A DNA stretch of 64,000 nucleotides, taken from NCBI GenBank assembly GCA_020184695.1, contig JAANOX010000116.1, positions 1 to 64,000 on the forward strand. The letters run 5' to 3'. How positions within the stretch are numbered: position 1 is the stretch's first letter; the number at the start of each line of letters is the position of its first letter. The stretch is from Histomonas meleagridis 2922-C6/04-290x. Its lineage: Eukaryota > Protista > Parabasalia. A program made the position numbers and the translations under genes. The notes under the pieces were generated by a model. It saw only the letters and a program-made list of their open reading frames with translations. It had not been told where the DNA came from and did not search any database. This document shows positions 54,280 to 64,000 of the stretch, in pieces.

Positions 54280-57069
54280 ATGTGTTTTCTTGCATTAATT
54301 TTAATATTCAACGCAAGATGTGATACAACTGAAACCCTTGTTATTTCTAATCATGCAATTATTCAAAAGGGTGATTTTACTCAAACAGGAATTAAATATA
54401 TTAACATTACAACAGGCGTTGATAAGATTGGCGATTCTGCGTTTTATAGCTGGGCATCTTTATTAAGTGTTGTCATTGGAGATTCAGTCACAGAAATTGG
54501 TTCAACAAGTTTTGCAAATTGTTCTCTTTTAGGATCCATAACAATTGGTCCAAATGTATTCAAAATATTAGGCGCTTCATTCGCTGAATGCAAGTCATTA
54601 AAAACAGTAATATTTCAAGGAAATAAAATCAAATCATTTGAATATGAATTATTTAAATTCTGTAATCACTTACCAGAAATTGAGCTTCCGGACTCATTAG
54701 TAGAGATTGGGGACAGGGTATTCTACCGTTGCATTTTTTTAACATCCATTAAATTTAGTCCAAATCTAAATAAAATTGGGGCCTCTGCGTTTTATTCAAC
54801 AGGCTTACAGGAACTTACGATACCACCACTTGTTACAAACATTAGTGAACAAGCGTTTACATATTGTAATAATTTAAGGAGTGTTAATCTCTGTAATGTT
54901 CGAATTATTAAAGAATACGCATTTAATTATTGTGGTTTATTATGGAACGTCACATTTCCGGCAACAGTTGAAGTCATTGGAGCATATGCTTTTCAGCAAA
55001 GTTCTATAGAAGAACTTAATTTTACGGACAAGTTAACGACAATAGGTTCATATGCATTTTATTATTGTGACTATCTTGCCACTGTTACATTTGGGAATGG
55101 GTTAAAGACAATTGGTGATAATGGGTTTTCAATGTGCACAAGTTTAAGGAATATTATGATTCCGAACAATGTTTTAACAATTGGGCCTGATGTATTTAAT
55201 ACATGTGAGCATTTAAAGAAAGTTATTATTGGAAATGGAATAACTGTCATTAGTTCTCATGCGTTTTCTTCATGTAAGGCATTAACTGAAATCATTTTGC
55301 CTGATACAATTACAGAAATTGGAATTGAAGCATTCTATTATTGTGCGTCTTTATTATCTATTAATTTTAGTCCTAATTTAATGTCGATTAACAAAAATGC
55401 ATTTTATGCATGTAGTTCATTGAAAAGTATTATAATTCCGGACAAAATCGAAATAATCAATGAATATTTATTTGCTTTTTGTTATGATATTAGTTCTTTG
55501 ACACTTGGGAAAAGTGTTAAAAAGATTAATGATCAAGCATTTTCATATGATTATTCAATTAAAGAATTAATATTACCTGAACCTCTTGAAGAGATTGGCG
55601 TATCTGCATTTTCTTATTGTAGTAGTATTTCGAATTTAGTTATAAATGATAATATTAAAACGATTTCATCAAGAGCATTTTTATATTGTTCATCAATAAA
55701 AAGTTTAACATTTCCTGATTCACTTCAATCGATTGGTGATGAAGTGTTTGCACAATGTGCTTCTATTACAGAAGTTAATTTTGGAACAGGTTTAAAATCA
55801 CTTGGTACATCTGTATTTTATTTATGTCAAATGCGAAATGTTATAATACCAAAAGCATTAAATATAATACCAAACTATACTTTTTATTGTTGTTATCGTT
55901 TAGAGTCAGCTGTTATTAATGAAAATATTAATATAATTGGACAAAGTTCTTTTTGTTATTGCAAAAACTTAACACAAATCGAAATACCTAAGTCAGTAAC
56001 TGAAATATATTTTGGTTCATTTCAATATTGCACTAATTTATCGAAGTTAGTATTAAACGAAGGATTAGAAATAATTGGTTCCGAATCATTTTCATGGTGT
56101 TCTTTTACTAATTTAACAATACCAAATACAGTTAAAATAATTAAAGGTTATGCATTTGGGAAATGTAATTTATTAAAATCAGTTGAACTTAATCCAAATA
56201 TCGAACGAATTTGCGAAGAAACATTTTATATGTGTTCTTCATTAAAGAAGATTACAATTCCACATAAAATTACTGTATTAGAACATTCATTATTTGCTTA
56301 TTGTTTTCAACTTACAACAGTAGAATTTACATCAAACATTACTGAGATACATGCGTTTGTATTTTGCCAATGTTATCTTTTAGGCAATATAACATTATCT
56401 GATAATATTACATCGATTGGTGAATATGCTTTTTATTATTGTACATGTTTAACAGATATAATACTTCCGCCTTTAATTACTATTATTAGTGATCGATTAT
56501 TTTCTTCTTGCGAAAGTTTAACTTCTGTTGATATTGGAGAAAATGTACAAACAATTGGAGCAAATGCATTTTATTCTTGTAAATTCACTACAATAACATT
56601 ACCTAAATCATTAACATTTATTAACTCTAATGCATTTTTAAGATGTTTTAAGTTAAAAACTGTTATTGTTTTAGGTGATAACTTAAAAATTATTAGCGAT
56701 AAAGCATTTGGTAATTGTACAAAGTTAAAATGCTTTTATTATAATGGTACAAATGAGCCTTCAATTGCTTCAAATGCTTTTAACGATTGCGCGTTAACGA
56801 AGGTTTACACGCCTGAAAATTATTACGGAAATGTATTCGGTGATTTCCCTATTGTAAGAGGAGAAACTTTAGAGGAATGTAATAATACAGACGAAAAACC
56901 AAAAATAAGAATTTTGTACGTCATAATACCAGTCGCGTTGGTAGGCGTACTATTGATTACGGGAATAGTAATTTTAGTAAGGTTTTTGCATAAGAAAAGA
57001 TTGCAAAGAAGAGATAGTATATATAGCGAATCTTTACTCGATATTTTAAGGGAAGATAGCGTCGGCTAA
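54280..57069 (+). CDS. BspA-like LRR surface protein (dozens of LRR_5 repeats, TM anchor, short tail)
   Basis: Signal peptide MCFLALILIF (ATG 54280), repeated I...AF..C..L..I.IP motifs, TM ILYVIIPVALVGVLLITGIVILV. Confidence 0.95.
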   Translation: MCFLALILIFNARCDTTETLVISNHAIIQKGDFTQTGIKYINITTGVDKIGDSAFYSWASLLSVVIGDSVTEIGSTSFANCSLLGSITIGPNVFKILGASFAECKSLKTVIFQGNKIKSFEYELFKFCNHLPEIELPDSLVEIGDRVFYRCIFLTSIKFSPNLNKIGASAFYSTGLQELTIPPLVTNISEQAFTYCNNLRSVNLCNVRIIKEYAFNYCGLLWNVTFPATVEVIGAYAFQQSSIEELNFTDKLTTIGSYAFYYCDYLATVTFGNGLKTIGDNGFSMCTSLRNIMIPNNVLTIGPDVFNTCEHLKKVIIGNGITVISSHAFSSCKALTEIILPDTITEIGIEAFYYCASLLSINFSPNLMSINKNAFYACSSLKSIIIPDKIEIINEYLFAFCYDISSLTLGKSVKKINDQAFSYDYSIKELILPEPLEEIGVSAFSYCSSISNLVINDNIKTISSRAFLYCSSIKSLTFPDSLQSIGDEVFAQCASITEVNFGTGLKSLGTSVFYLCQMRNVIIPKALNIIPNYTFYCCYRLESAVINENINIIGQSSFCYCKNLTQIEIPKSVTEIYFGSFQYCTNLSKLVLNEGLEIIGSESFSWCSFTNLTIPNTVKIIKGYAFGKCNLLKSVELNPNIERICEETFYMCSSLKKITIPHKITVLEHSLFAYCFQLTTVEFTSNITEIHAFVFCQCYLLGNITLSDNITSIGEYAFYYCTCLTDIILPPLITIISDRLFSSCESLTSVDIGENVQTIGANAFYSCKFTTITLPKSLTFINSNAFLRCFKLKTVIVLGDNLKIISDKAFGNCTKLKCFYYNGTNEPSIASNAFNDCALTKVYTPENYYGNVFGDFPIVRGETLEECNNTDEKPKIRILYVIIPVALVGVLLITGIVILVRFLHKKRLQRRDSIYSESLLDILREDSVG

Positions 57070-57185
57070 AATATGTTTAATAAAATGTATTATATATTTC
57101 TTCATTCTAAATATTTAATACTTCTTCTAATTAAAATGAAAATGTTCCTTTTGATACCCTCATAAAATGTAAAAAATAATAAAAA

Positions 57186-57260
57186 GACCACCGGGAAGAC
57201 TCGAACTTCCAACCTTGAGGTTATGAGCCTCACGAACTAAACCAATTGTTCCACGGTGAT
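57186..57260 (-). tRNA. tRNA-Met(CAT)
   Basis: Cloverleaf ATCACCG-TG-GAAC/GTTC-TGAGG CTCATAA CCTCA-GGAAG TTCGAGT CTTCC-CGGTGGT-C, followed by a T5 Pol III terminator. Confidence 0.92.
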
Positions 57261-57434
57261 TTCGATTTTTAATGAAAAATAGTGCTTTTGATATAATTTT
57301 TTAAGTTTGATGGAATTCTAAATCTCCCAATTAAATTTAAGATTCGCTTCATCCGGAAGACGTTATGTCATGTGCTTTGAAAATGATTAACGTGCACTTG
57401 ATAGTTCAAAAATTGAACAGTTTATTTGTACGTT

Positions 57435-58115
57435 ATGTTTACGATGCTTCTTTTTATTTATTTTGTAATATCTAAAGAAATTATAAATGAACCCAAACCA
57501 CTTCCTGAATTAATAGTTGGAGAATGGGACATAGCTGGAAATAATACTGGAAAACCAGAAATTTATTATAATATGCAATTTCAAAGAAATCTTGATAGAG
57601 GAACAACCACATGTTTTTTACGACACAAAAAAGGGTGGAATTTTTTGGGTCTTGGTGGTTCTGATTTACCTATCATTCAATTTGACTTAATTTTCCTTTC
57701 TGATTTATCTGGAAAATTATTATTTGATAACAATTACCAAATTCCTTTTACATTCCGTAAATCACATATCGGGGGTGTAGCGGCTGGTTTTAAAATACAA
57801 GACCTTGGAATCCATATATCTCTTATCAACAATACTTTCTTTTTTATAAATATACACAATCAATCAAAATCAACTCGGTATGTTGCTTTCCGATCTATTC
57901 AAGGTACTCAGGGCCTTAATCCCAAAGTTAAAATGATCTTGAAAATATGTGTAATTGTACTAATTGTGCAAATTGTAATTTTTGGTCTTTTAAAATTTGC
58001 ACATTCATTCATAGAAAAGAAATTGAACATAAAGAATGATGAAGGTGTAATTGATTTGGACAAATATGGGGAGATATTGAAATATCAACAAATGAAAAAA
58101 TCAAAAAAAGATTAA
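57435..58115 (+). CDS. Small type I membrane protein of unknown function
   Basis: Signal-like N-terminus, beta-rich ectodomain, TM ICVIVLIVQIVIFGLL. Confidence 0.65.
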   Translation: MFTMLLFIYFVISKEIINEPKPLPELIVGEWDIAGNNTGKPEIYYNMQFQRNLDRGTTTCFLRHKKGWNFLGLGGSDLPIIQFDLIFLSDLSGKLLFDNNYQIPFTFRKSHIGGVAAGFKIQDLGIHISLINNTFFFINIHNQSKSTRYVAFRSIQGTQGLNPKVKMILKICVIVLIVQIVIFGLLKFAHSFIEKKLNIKNDEGVIDLDKYGEILKYQQMKKSKKD

Positions 58116-58452
58116 TGTGTAAAATGATTTTGTTTTGAATAAAATAAATCAATTTAATAATTTTTCATGGTTAAAACAAATGTATATTCATTTTTTTATA
58201 CAACATTTCTAGTTAGTAGAAAAGAATAATGAATATCATTAAGTTATAAAAAATATTTTAAAAATGATATGAATGGATATGGTTGATTGATCCATTCATA
58301 TTTTTTATCTTCAACAAATTTTAGAAGTAAAACTTCTTTTACAATTTTTTATATATCAATTTCATATATCAAATGAACCACAAATATTAAAACAGCAATA
58401 TCGCTTTGTATAATGTTTATTTAAATCTAATTGAAAATAAGTAAAACTTATT

Positions 58453-59664
58453 TTAAACATTCAAATCCTCTCCCATTTCCTTACCAGAAGTTTCAGGCAA
58501 TAACAATAAGCCGAATAAGAAAGACAACACCATCAAAATAGAGAATGTCAAAAATGTATATCTCATTGTTAATCCGCTAATCATTTCTGGTATAACGAAA
58601 ATTACACATGAGCACAAGATTGAGTTCACAGCTTGCACAATAGAATAAGCTTTAGATCTCACATCATCAGTGAATAACTCAGGGGATATGAACCATGGCA
58701 AAGGACCAAGTCCAAGTCCGAACAAAAACACATATAAAAACAGGAAAATGATTGGGAAATAATTCGAAATAGAAATTACATCATCAAGAAATATCACAAA
58801 AAGAGAAATGGCAGTTCCGATAGAAGAAATAGACCAAAGAATACGACGCCCAAACTTATCAACAATAAATGAGGATACAATTGTAGAAATAACTTGTGCA
58901 CAACTTACAATAGCGGCAGAAATAGAAGGTGACAAAACAAGACCGACATTATTAAATATGGTTTGGAGATTGGTAAGGAGGCCATTGAAGCCAGAAAATT
59001 GTTGGAAGAAAACTGTGGCAATAGAAAGTAAAAGTGGCTTAACATATTTCTTTCGGAAAATTGTGACTTTATCAAATGACTTAAAGCCATTGTTATCAAT
59101 TGAGACTTTGGAATCTGGGAAAAAGAATATAGTAATGCAAAGAATCATGGAAGGAACCATGGAGATGAATGCAATTTTCCAGTAATCAAGCCAAACACCC
59201 ATAAGATAAATAAATACACAACCAATGGATACAAATAGTTGGCTCATTACACCGTAAGCACCACGATATTCGGTTGGTGAGATTTCTGAAAGAAAAATAG
59301 GAGAGATGGTCATGACCAACCCAATACCAACACCTGAAACGGAACGAGATACAAAAAGAAGCCATTTCTGTTGGCCTACAGGACATACAATCAAAAGAAC
59401 CCACCCTACTAATACGACAATTGATGATATAAAGACTAATAAGCGACGACCTGTTCGACCAACTAAAAGTTGAACTAATGGAGCGCCTAAAACAGCAAGG
59501 AATGAGGTAATTGCATTGAACAATGTTGATTCAATAGAAGATAGATTCCATTTTAGAGTAATTTCAGGTAAACCAGGGGAAGTATATGAAAGAGTCATTC
59601 CAACTGCCATTGTTCCGAAACTAATGAAAACTGCATGAAGAAATGCAAGAGAAAAAAATCCCAT
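58453..59664 (-). CDS. MFS sugar (hexose) transporter, GLUT/ERD6-like
   Basis: GRR motifs, LSEISPTEYRGAYG, FFQQFSGFN, VDKFGRRIL, GLGPLPWFISPELF, PETSGK. Confidence 0.95.
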   Translation of the reverse strand: MGFFSLAFLHAVFISFGTMAVGMTLSYTSPGLPEITLKWNLSSIESTLFNAITSFLAVLGAPLVQLLVGRTGRRLLVFISSIVVLVGWVLLIVCPVGQQKWLLFVSRSVSGVGIGLVMTISPIFLSEISPTEYRGAYGVMSQLFVSIGCVFIYLMGVWLDYWKIAFISMVPSMILCITIFFFPDSKVSIDNNGFKSFDKVTIFRKKYVKPLLLSIATVFFQQFSGFNGLLTNLQTIFNNVGLVLSPSISAAIVSCAQVISTIVSSFIVDKFGRRILWSISSIGTAISLFVIFLDDVISISNYFPIIFLFLYVFLFGLGLGPLPWFISPELFTDDVRSKAYSIVQAVNSILCSCVIFVIPEMISGLTMRYTFLTFSILMVLSFLFGLLLLPETSGKEMGEDLNV

Positions 59665-60282
59665 TTCCCAAATTCTCTGTAAAACAACCCATTGCTCTCA
59701 ATTTACCTTTCAAAATTTGAATTAATATTTTCAGGCTAACCTCATTGAAAAGTATTTAAACGTGCTGGCAAAAAAGCCGATAGAATATTTCATAGTTTTT
59801 CTCCATCAATTTATTCCACTATAATGGATGTAAAGTACCAAAAAACCAATACACAAACTGTTTTATCCCAGTAAAACCTTTTGATGTCTTATCTGGAATG
59901 TATAATGCAAAAGAAAATGAGGAAAATATATATTTCATTGATATCAGAAAAAAAATTGTAATAAAAACCTTTGAAAAAAATGGAATTGTAGTGTATAAAC
60001 AATCTGGTTATGATAAAATGCATCTAAAATTTATATTTATTTGATGAAACATTAGATAGAATCAAATCATTTCAGAAAAACTTTCTGATCTCAGTAAAAA
60101 TTTATTTGAAACAAAAAGAAATGATCAATGATCTGATTCATTTCTTTCTTCACACATTGGACAAAAATAGCCATTACATTACATTACAGCGCAGAATGAT
60201 TTCTTATTTTTTAATTGTCCATCACATTAATGCGCGTGCGCTAAAATAATTATTAAAACTTCATTCATAACCAGAATTTTAC

Positions 60283-63200
60283 TTAACCAAAGATTAATGC
60301 CAACAAATAATTGCATTGTTCGATATTGAGTTTCACTTCTTTCATTCCCTCATAGTAGTAAGGCAATAGCATTGGCTCCAATGTGTACTTCTGCGATGGG
60401 AACTGCGCAGTCATCACCAGCAGCGACAAGAAACTCGAGTTCTTCACGTTTTCGAAGAGCTCTCTGATGAACTTTGCGTTCAGCACTGGAAATGCGCTGA
60501 AACTTTCTCTGCTTGCTCGGAGTCGTTTTTCGAGATATTCGGCTAATGAATCAGAGTTTGTCATTCGTAACAGCATTAGCAATGCAGCGTTTATTGAAGC
60601 TGATTTGTCCCCGAATTCAACGTTACATAACTCATTAATAGTTTCCTTATTTTGATAATTTGCAAGACAGAAAACTTTGACAAAATAATTGTTAATGTTC
60701 GACATTTCCAATTTTTTGATATCTGCAGCTACAACGGAATCGCAATAAATCGATACAATTATTAATGCGGAATAAATTATATCATTTATGAATGGTAAAG
60801 AAGTACATTCATTTAAGTAATTTAAGACATCATTTGATATATGATTAATGATATTATTACAATCGTCGAATTTTGAATATTGATATAATGATGAAAATAT
60901 TAAATCAATACCTGAACTAGAACATAATGTTAATGTCATAATAATTCCAGTGATGAATAGTTTGGCAGAAAGTGTTTGGTCCATTTTAATTAATGATAAA
61001 CCAATACATACAGCATTAGTAATTATCGGATCTACGAAACCTGTTGGGTCAATCAACACACGTGTCAAAGATTCTGCATTAGATTGAGCTGCGAAAGCGC
61101 ACGCGAATATAATTGATTGAGATTTCCTTAACTTATTATCAGAATCGAAATCATTTGAAAATATTTCCAACAAATTATTTTGAATGGTACGCTCAGGTAA
61201 AGTACTCAAAACGTTATTGAAAACCGAAGCGATAGCAGCGGTGTTTTTGAGCCATGGATAACAACGACCAAATTCCTTTAAGTCATCAGGCTGAGGGTTA
61301 TTCGCGAAAGCTTTAGTGATCACAGAGGTATCCATTGGCAAAGAGGAGCCGGAAATATAAATTATGAAATGAATAGCGTTCACGAAAGCAGGAGCACATT
61401 TTCTTAATACGTTTGATGAATATTCCAATCTCATTTGAGATATATTATATATTAACCAAGGAATATAATTCACGTCAAACAAATGGTTACTAAATAATAC
61501 GTTCCATACTCTACAAATGAATAATATTGTTGAGTCATCATTCTTATATGGTGGCTTAAAGACAGTATCACACCAAAACTTAGAGATTAAGTCAGGTTTG
61601 ATCGAAGCAAATCCAGTGACCATTTCGATGTATTCATCATTCTTTAATTTGTATACATTATTCATAAACAATTCGATGGAATGTGAATTAATACATATAC
61701 TTGGCCATATGAACTTAACAAAAGCGTGTGAATCATAAGCCAATTCCTTAAATGTTTCGAAGATATTCTTCATGAATTGAGGATATTTATCAATATTTAA
61801 TGAATAATATTCGATCCAACTCTTTAAATATAACAAAGTTGAGTTTTTATATTTATCGATATATTGATAAGCCTTAAAATATTCAGTTAAGAATGAACTA
61901 AATGAATCGGAATTATTCTTTGCTAAATCGTCAGATAATAATTGTGCATAACCAATCATATTTAATGGTAATGCTTCTGTTGTAGCATTTGCAATATTAA
62001 TTGTATGATTAAATTGGAATGATGCATAAGTAGCTGATATTAAATCTAATGCAGCTTTCTTAACTATGTTCTTTACGTCATCATTCATTAAGTTAATAAA
62101 TGCTATGTTTAACATTAACCAATGTAATGTTGATGAATCAATTTTAACATATGATTGTGATTCAACATTTTTAATGATCTTAGAACGATTATATAAGTTT
62201 AAGAAACTTTCTGCTAATGGCGAATTCTTTGTTATTGTTATACTATATACCATTTCTTTAGTAGAAAACCCAAATTCAACTAAATTAGAATTAGTTTGTG
62301 ATAAATGTGGTTTAATCCGTGATTTAATTTCATCTAATAGTATAACTTTTAATGGAGTAATCTTATAATTACCTAATGTTTCTGTTTGCCCTGCAAATTG
62401 GATTGAATGTGAATGTAATCGAACATTAGTTTCGATTGTATTAATTATAGCTTTATGGACTGAATCTGGTTGTGATAATCCTTCAATAACTTTTAATGGT
62501 AATTTAGTTGATGGTGTACCTAATAATTCGGTATAATTATTGATTGAATTTATGAAATAATATTGCTTGTTTTTGTTTTGGATTAATGATGGAGCTGAAC
62601 TAATCCATTTAATAAATGATAAAGGTGTTAATAAGAAAATATGTTTGGTTACTTTTTGTACTGGTTTCATTTTTGCTAAAATTGATATTTCATTTAATGA
62701 TGGTACTTTATTTTCATCAAATCCATCTAATATATGTACTAATGTAATATTTTGATCATTTGAATTATGTAATTCTTTAATTATTAAATGTGAAACTATT
62801 TTAATGTTTTTAACATTAATTAATTTATTATAAAAGATATAATATATTCCATTATTATCATTAGGTGATTTATGATCATCTTTAATTATAAAATCATTTA
62901 ATTCTAAGATTTGATCTTCTGGGAATTCCATTGTTAATAACTTTTCTAATTGTGAATTATTATTATTATTACTATTATCTTCTTCTATTAAATTATTTTT
63001 ACTATTAGTTTTAGTTAAGTTTTTAGGTTCACCTAATGTTTGTATCTTTTGTATTAATCGTAGTCCTTGAATTTTAATTGGATTTGTATCTTCCATTTCA
63101 TTAATACCACTAGTTATTTGACTTAAAACAGAATATAATTCACTATGTAAAATTGAGATTTCTTCTTTTTCATCAAATTTCAATTTATTACTTGGTCGAT

Positions 63201-64000
63201 TTAATTCTGTTTGAACTATTTCTAAGAACATTTCTTTAAAGACTTTATTAGCTCTTTCTGCTATATCATTAAATACCATTAAATGTTTACCTTTTTGATT
63301 TAAATGCCCATGTAATGTAGCAGCCATTAATACTGTCGATACCATTAATAAAGCTGCTCTAGGCTTTGGAGGTAATACATCTGGTAATCCTACTAATTTA
63401 GGAACACTAAATGCTGGTAATAAAAATCGTAAGAACAAAAACCCACTTAATATTTGTATTGAGAAATCTCCATATTTTTCACTAACCTTTTGATATATCA
63501 TTTGTGATTCATATACTAAACTTTCAGGCATTGAATTACGTGCTGAAAGGATTTTATCAATACATTCATTTAATAAGTCTCTAAAGTTTTGTTGATTCTT
63601 TTCTAAGTTTTCTCCTGCTTCTAATTTATTTGGATCAATTTGATAACTAACACCATTTTTACATTTCTCAATAACTTCTTCAAATACTGGTCGTAATGTT
63701 TGTGTCATCCATTCAGTACCTACAATTTTAGGGAAATGTCCTACCGCACGTGCAGGTACTGCATTACCTCTAAATAATGTATTTTTACTTGCTTCATCTG
63801 ATGATTCTACTTCTACACTTATCATCTTCTCTAAGAATTCATATTCAACTTTCCGGATAATGGCTGATTCAACCATAGCTGCACCAAATATTTCTGCTCG
63901 ACTATAAGGTATACAACTACAGATGAATTCAACAAATTCCCAATTACCAGTAAATATGAAATCTATTAATGTATCATTAGTTTGTTCAGAAGTTTCATCC
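60283..64000 (-). CDS. Neurofibromin-like RasGAP protein, 5'-partial
   Basis: Arginine finger TLFRGN, FLFLRFLLPA motif, then Sec14/PH-like and long helical regions. The frame stays open to the window edge. Confidence 0.75.
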   Translation of the reverse strand, partial: DETSEQTNDTLIDFIFTGNWEFVEFICSCIPYSRAEIFGAAMVESAIIRKVEYEFLEKMISVEVESSDEASKNTLFRGNAVPARAVGHFPKIVGTEWMTQTLRPVFEEVIEKCKNGVSYQIDPNKLEAGENLEKNQQNFRDLLNECIDKILSARNSMPESLVYESQMIYQKVSEKYGDFSIQILSGFLFLRFLLPAFSVPKLVGLPDVLPPKPRAALLMVSTVLMAATLHGHLNQKGKHLMVFNDIAERANKVFKEMFLEIVQTELNRPSNKLKFDEKEEISILHSELYSVLSQITSGINEMEDTNPIKIQGLRLIQKIQTLGEPKNLTKTNSKNNLIEEDNSNNNNNSQLEKLLTMEFPEDQILELNDFIIKDDHKSPNDNNGIYYIFYNKLINVKNIKIVSHLIIKELHNSNDQNITLVHILDGFDENKVPSLNEISILAKMKPVQKVTKHIFLLTPLSFIKWISSAPSLIQNKNKQYYFINSINNYTELLGTPSTKLPLKVIEGLSQPDSVHKAIINTIETNVRLHSHSIQFAGQTETLGNYKITPLKVILLDEIKSRIKPHLSQTNSNLVEFGFSTKEMVYSITITKNSPLAESFLNLYNRSKIIKNVESQSYVKIDSSTLHWLMLNIAFINLMNDDVKNIVKKAALDLISATYASFQFNHTINIANATTEALPLNMIGYAQLLSDDLAKNNSDSFSSFLTEYFKAYQYIDKYKNSTLLYLKSWIEYYSLNIDKYPQFMKNIFETFKELAYDSHAFVKFIWPSICINSHSIELFMNNVYKLKNDEYIEMVTGFASIKPDLISKFWCDTVFKPPYKNDDSTILFICRVWNVLFSNHLFDVNYIPWLIYNISQMRLEYSSNVLRKCAPAFVNAIHFIIYISGSSLPMDTSVITKAFANNPQPDDLKEFGRCYPWLKNTAAIASVFNNVLSTLPERTIQNNLLEIFSNDFDSDNKLRKSQSIIFACAFAAQSNAESLTRVLIDPTGFVDPIITNAVCIGLSLIKMDQTLSAKLFITGIIMTLTLCSSSGIDLIFSSLYQYSKFDDCNNIINHISNDVLNYLNECTSLPFINDIIYSALIIVSIYCDSVVAADIKKLEMSNINNYFVKVFCLANYQNKETINELCNVEFGDKSASINAALLMLLRMTNSDSLAEYLEKRLRASRESFSAFPVLNAKFIRELFENVKNSSFLSLLVMTAQFPSQKYTLEPMLLPYYYEGMKEVKLNIEQCNYLLALIFG

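Overview
This is very AT-rich, gene-dense eukaryotic DNA, most likely from a parabasalid protist (Histomonas/Tritrichomonas-like). That is inferred from BspA-type LRR surface proteins, DUF3447/ankyrin families, a Maverick-type integrase relic and housekeeping genes with no visible spliceosomal introns. Ordinary genes include Rab GGTase beta, SEL1L/Hrd3, a WD40 protein, a tRNA-splicing endonuclease subunit, Rrp7, ODA1/CCDC114, a talin-like giant protein, cytosolic carboxypeptidase, GCN5, an FHA protein, two PCI proteins, RasGEF, a thioredoxin-fold ER protein, PP1, CHMP7, an MFS sugar transporter, an NF1-like RasGAP and one tRNA-Met. The main discovery is at three ankyrin loci (16013-18841 +, 31098-31765 +, 9760-10444 -). 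There, open ankyrin repeats of 29-33 codons are separated by AT-rich, usually stop-containing spacers. These diverge in sequence but are almost always exactly 80 nt (22 of 24 intact spacers; the other two are 63 nt). Each spacer is made of 20-nt modules. Discarding the first 17 nt of each module and keeping the last 3 nt restores the canonical ankyrin loop D-x-x-G-x-T in frame (e.g. KD-ENGW-TAL, RD-EEGR-TAF, KN-KYGE-TPI), with no stop in any of the 94 retained triplets. This points to a system of tandem 17-nt non-GT-AG micro-introns (or 17-nt ribosomal hops) around single-codon micro-exons. I know of no description of it; the mechanism is inference and needs RNA and peptide data.
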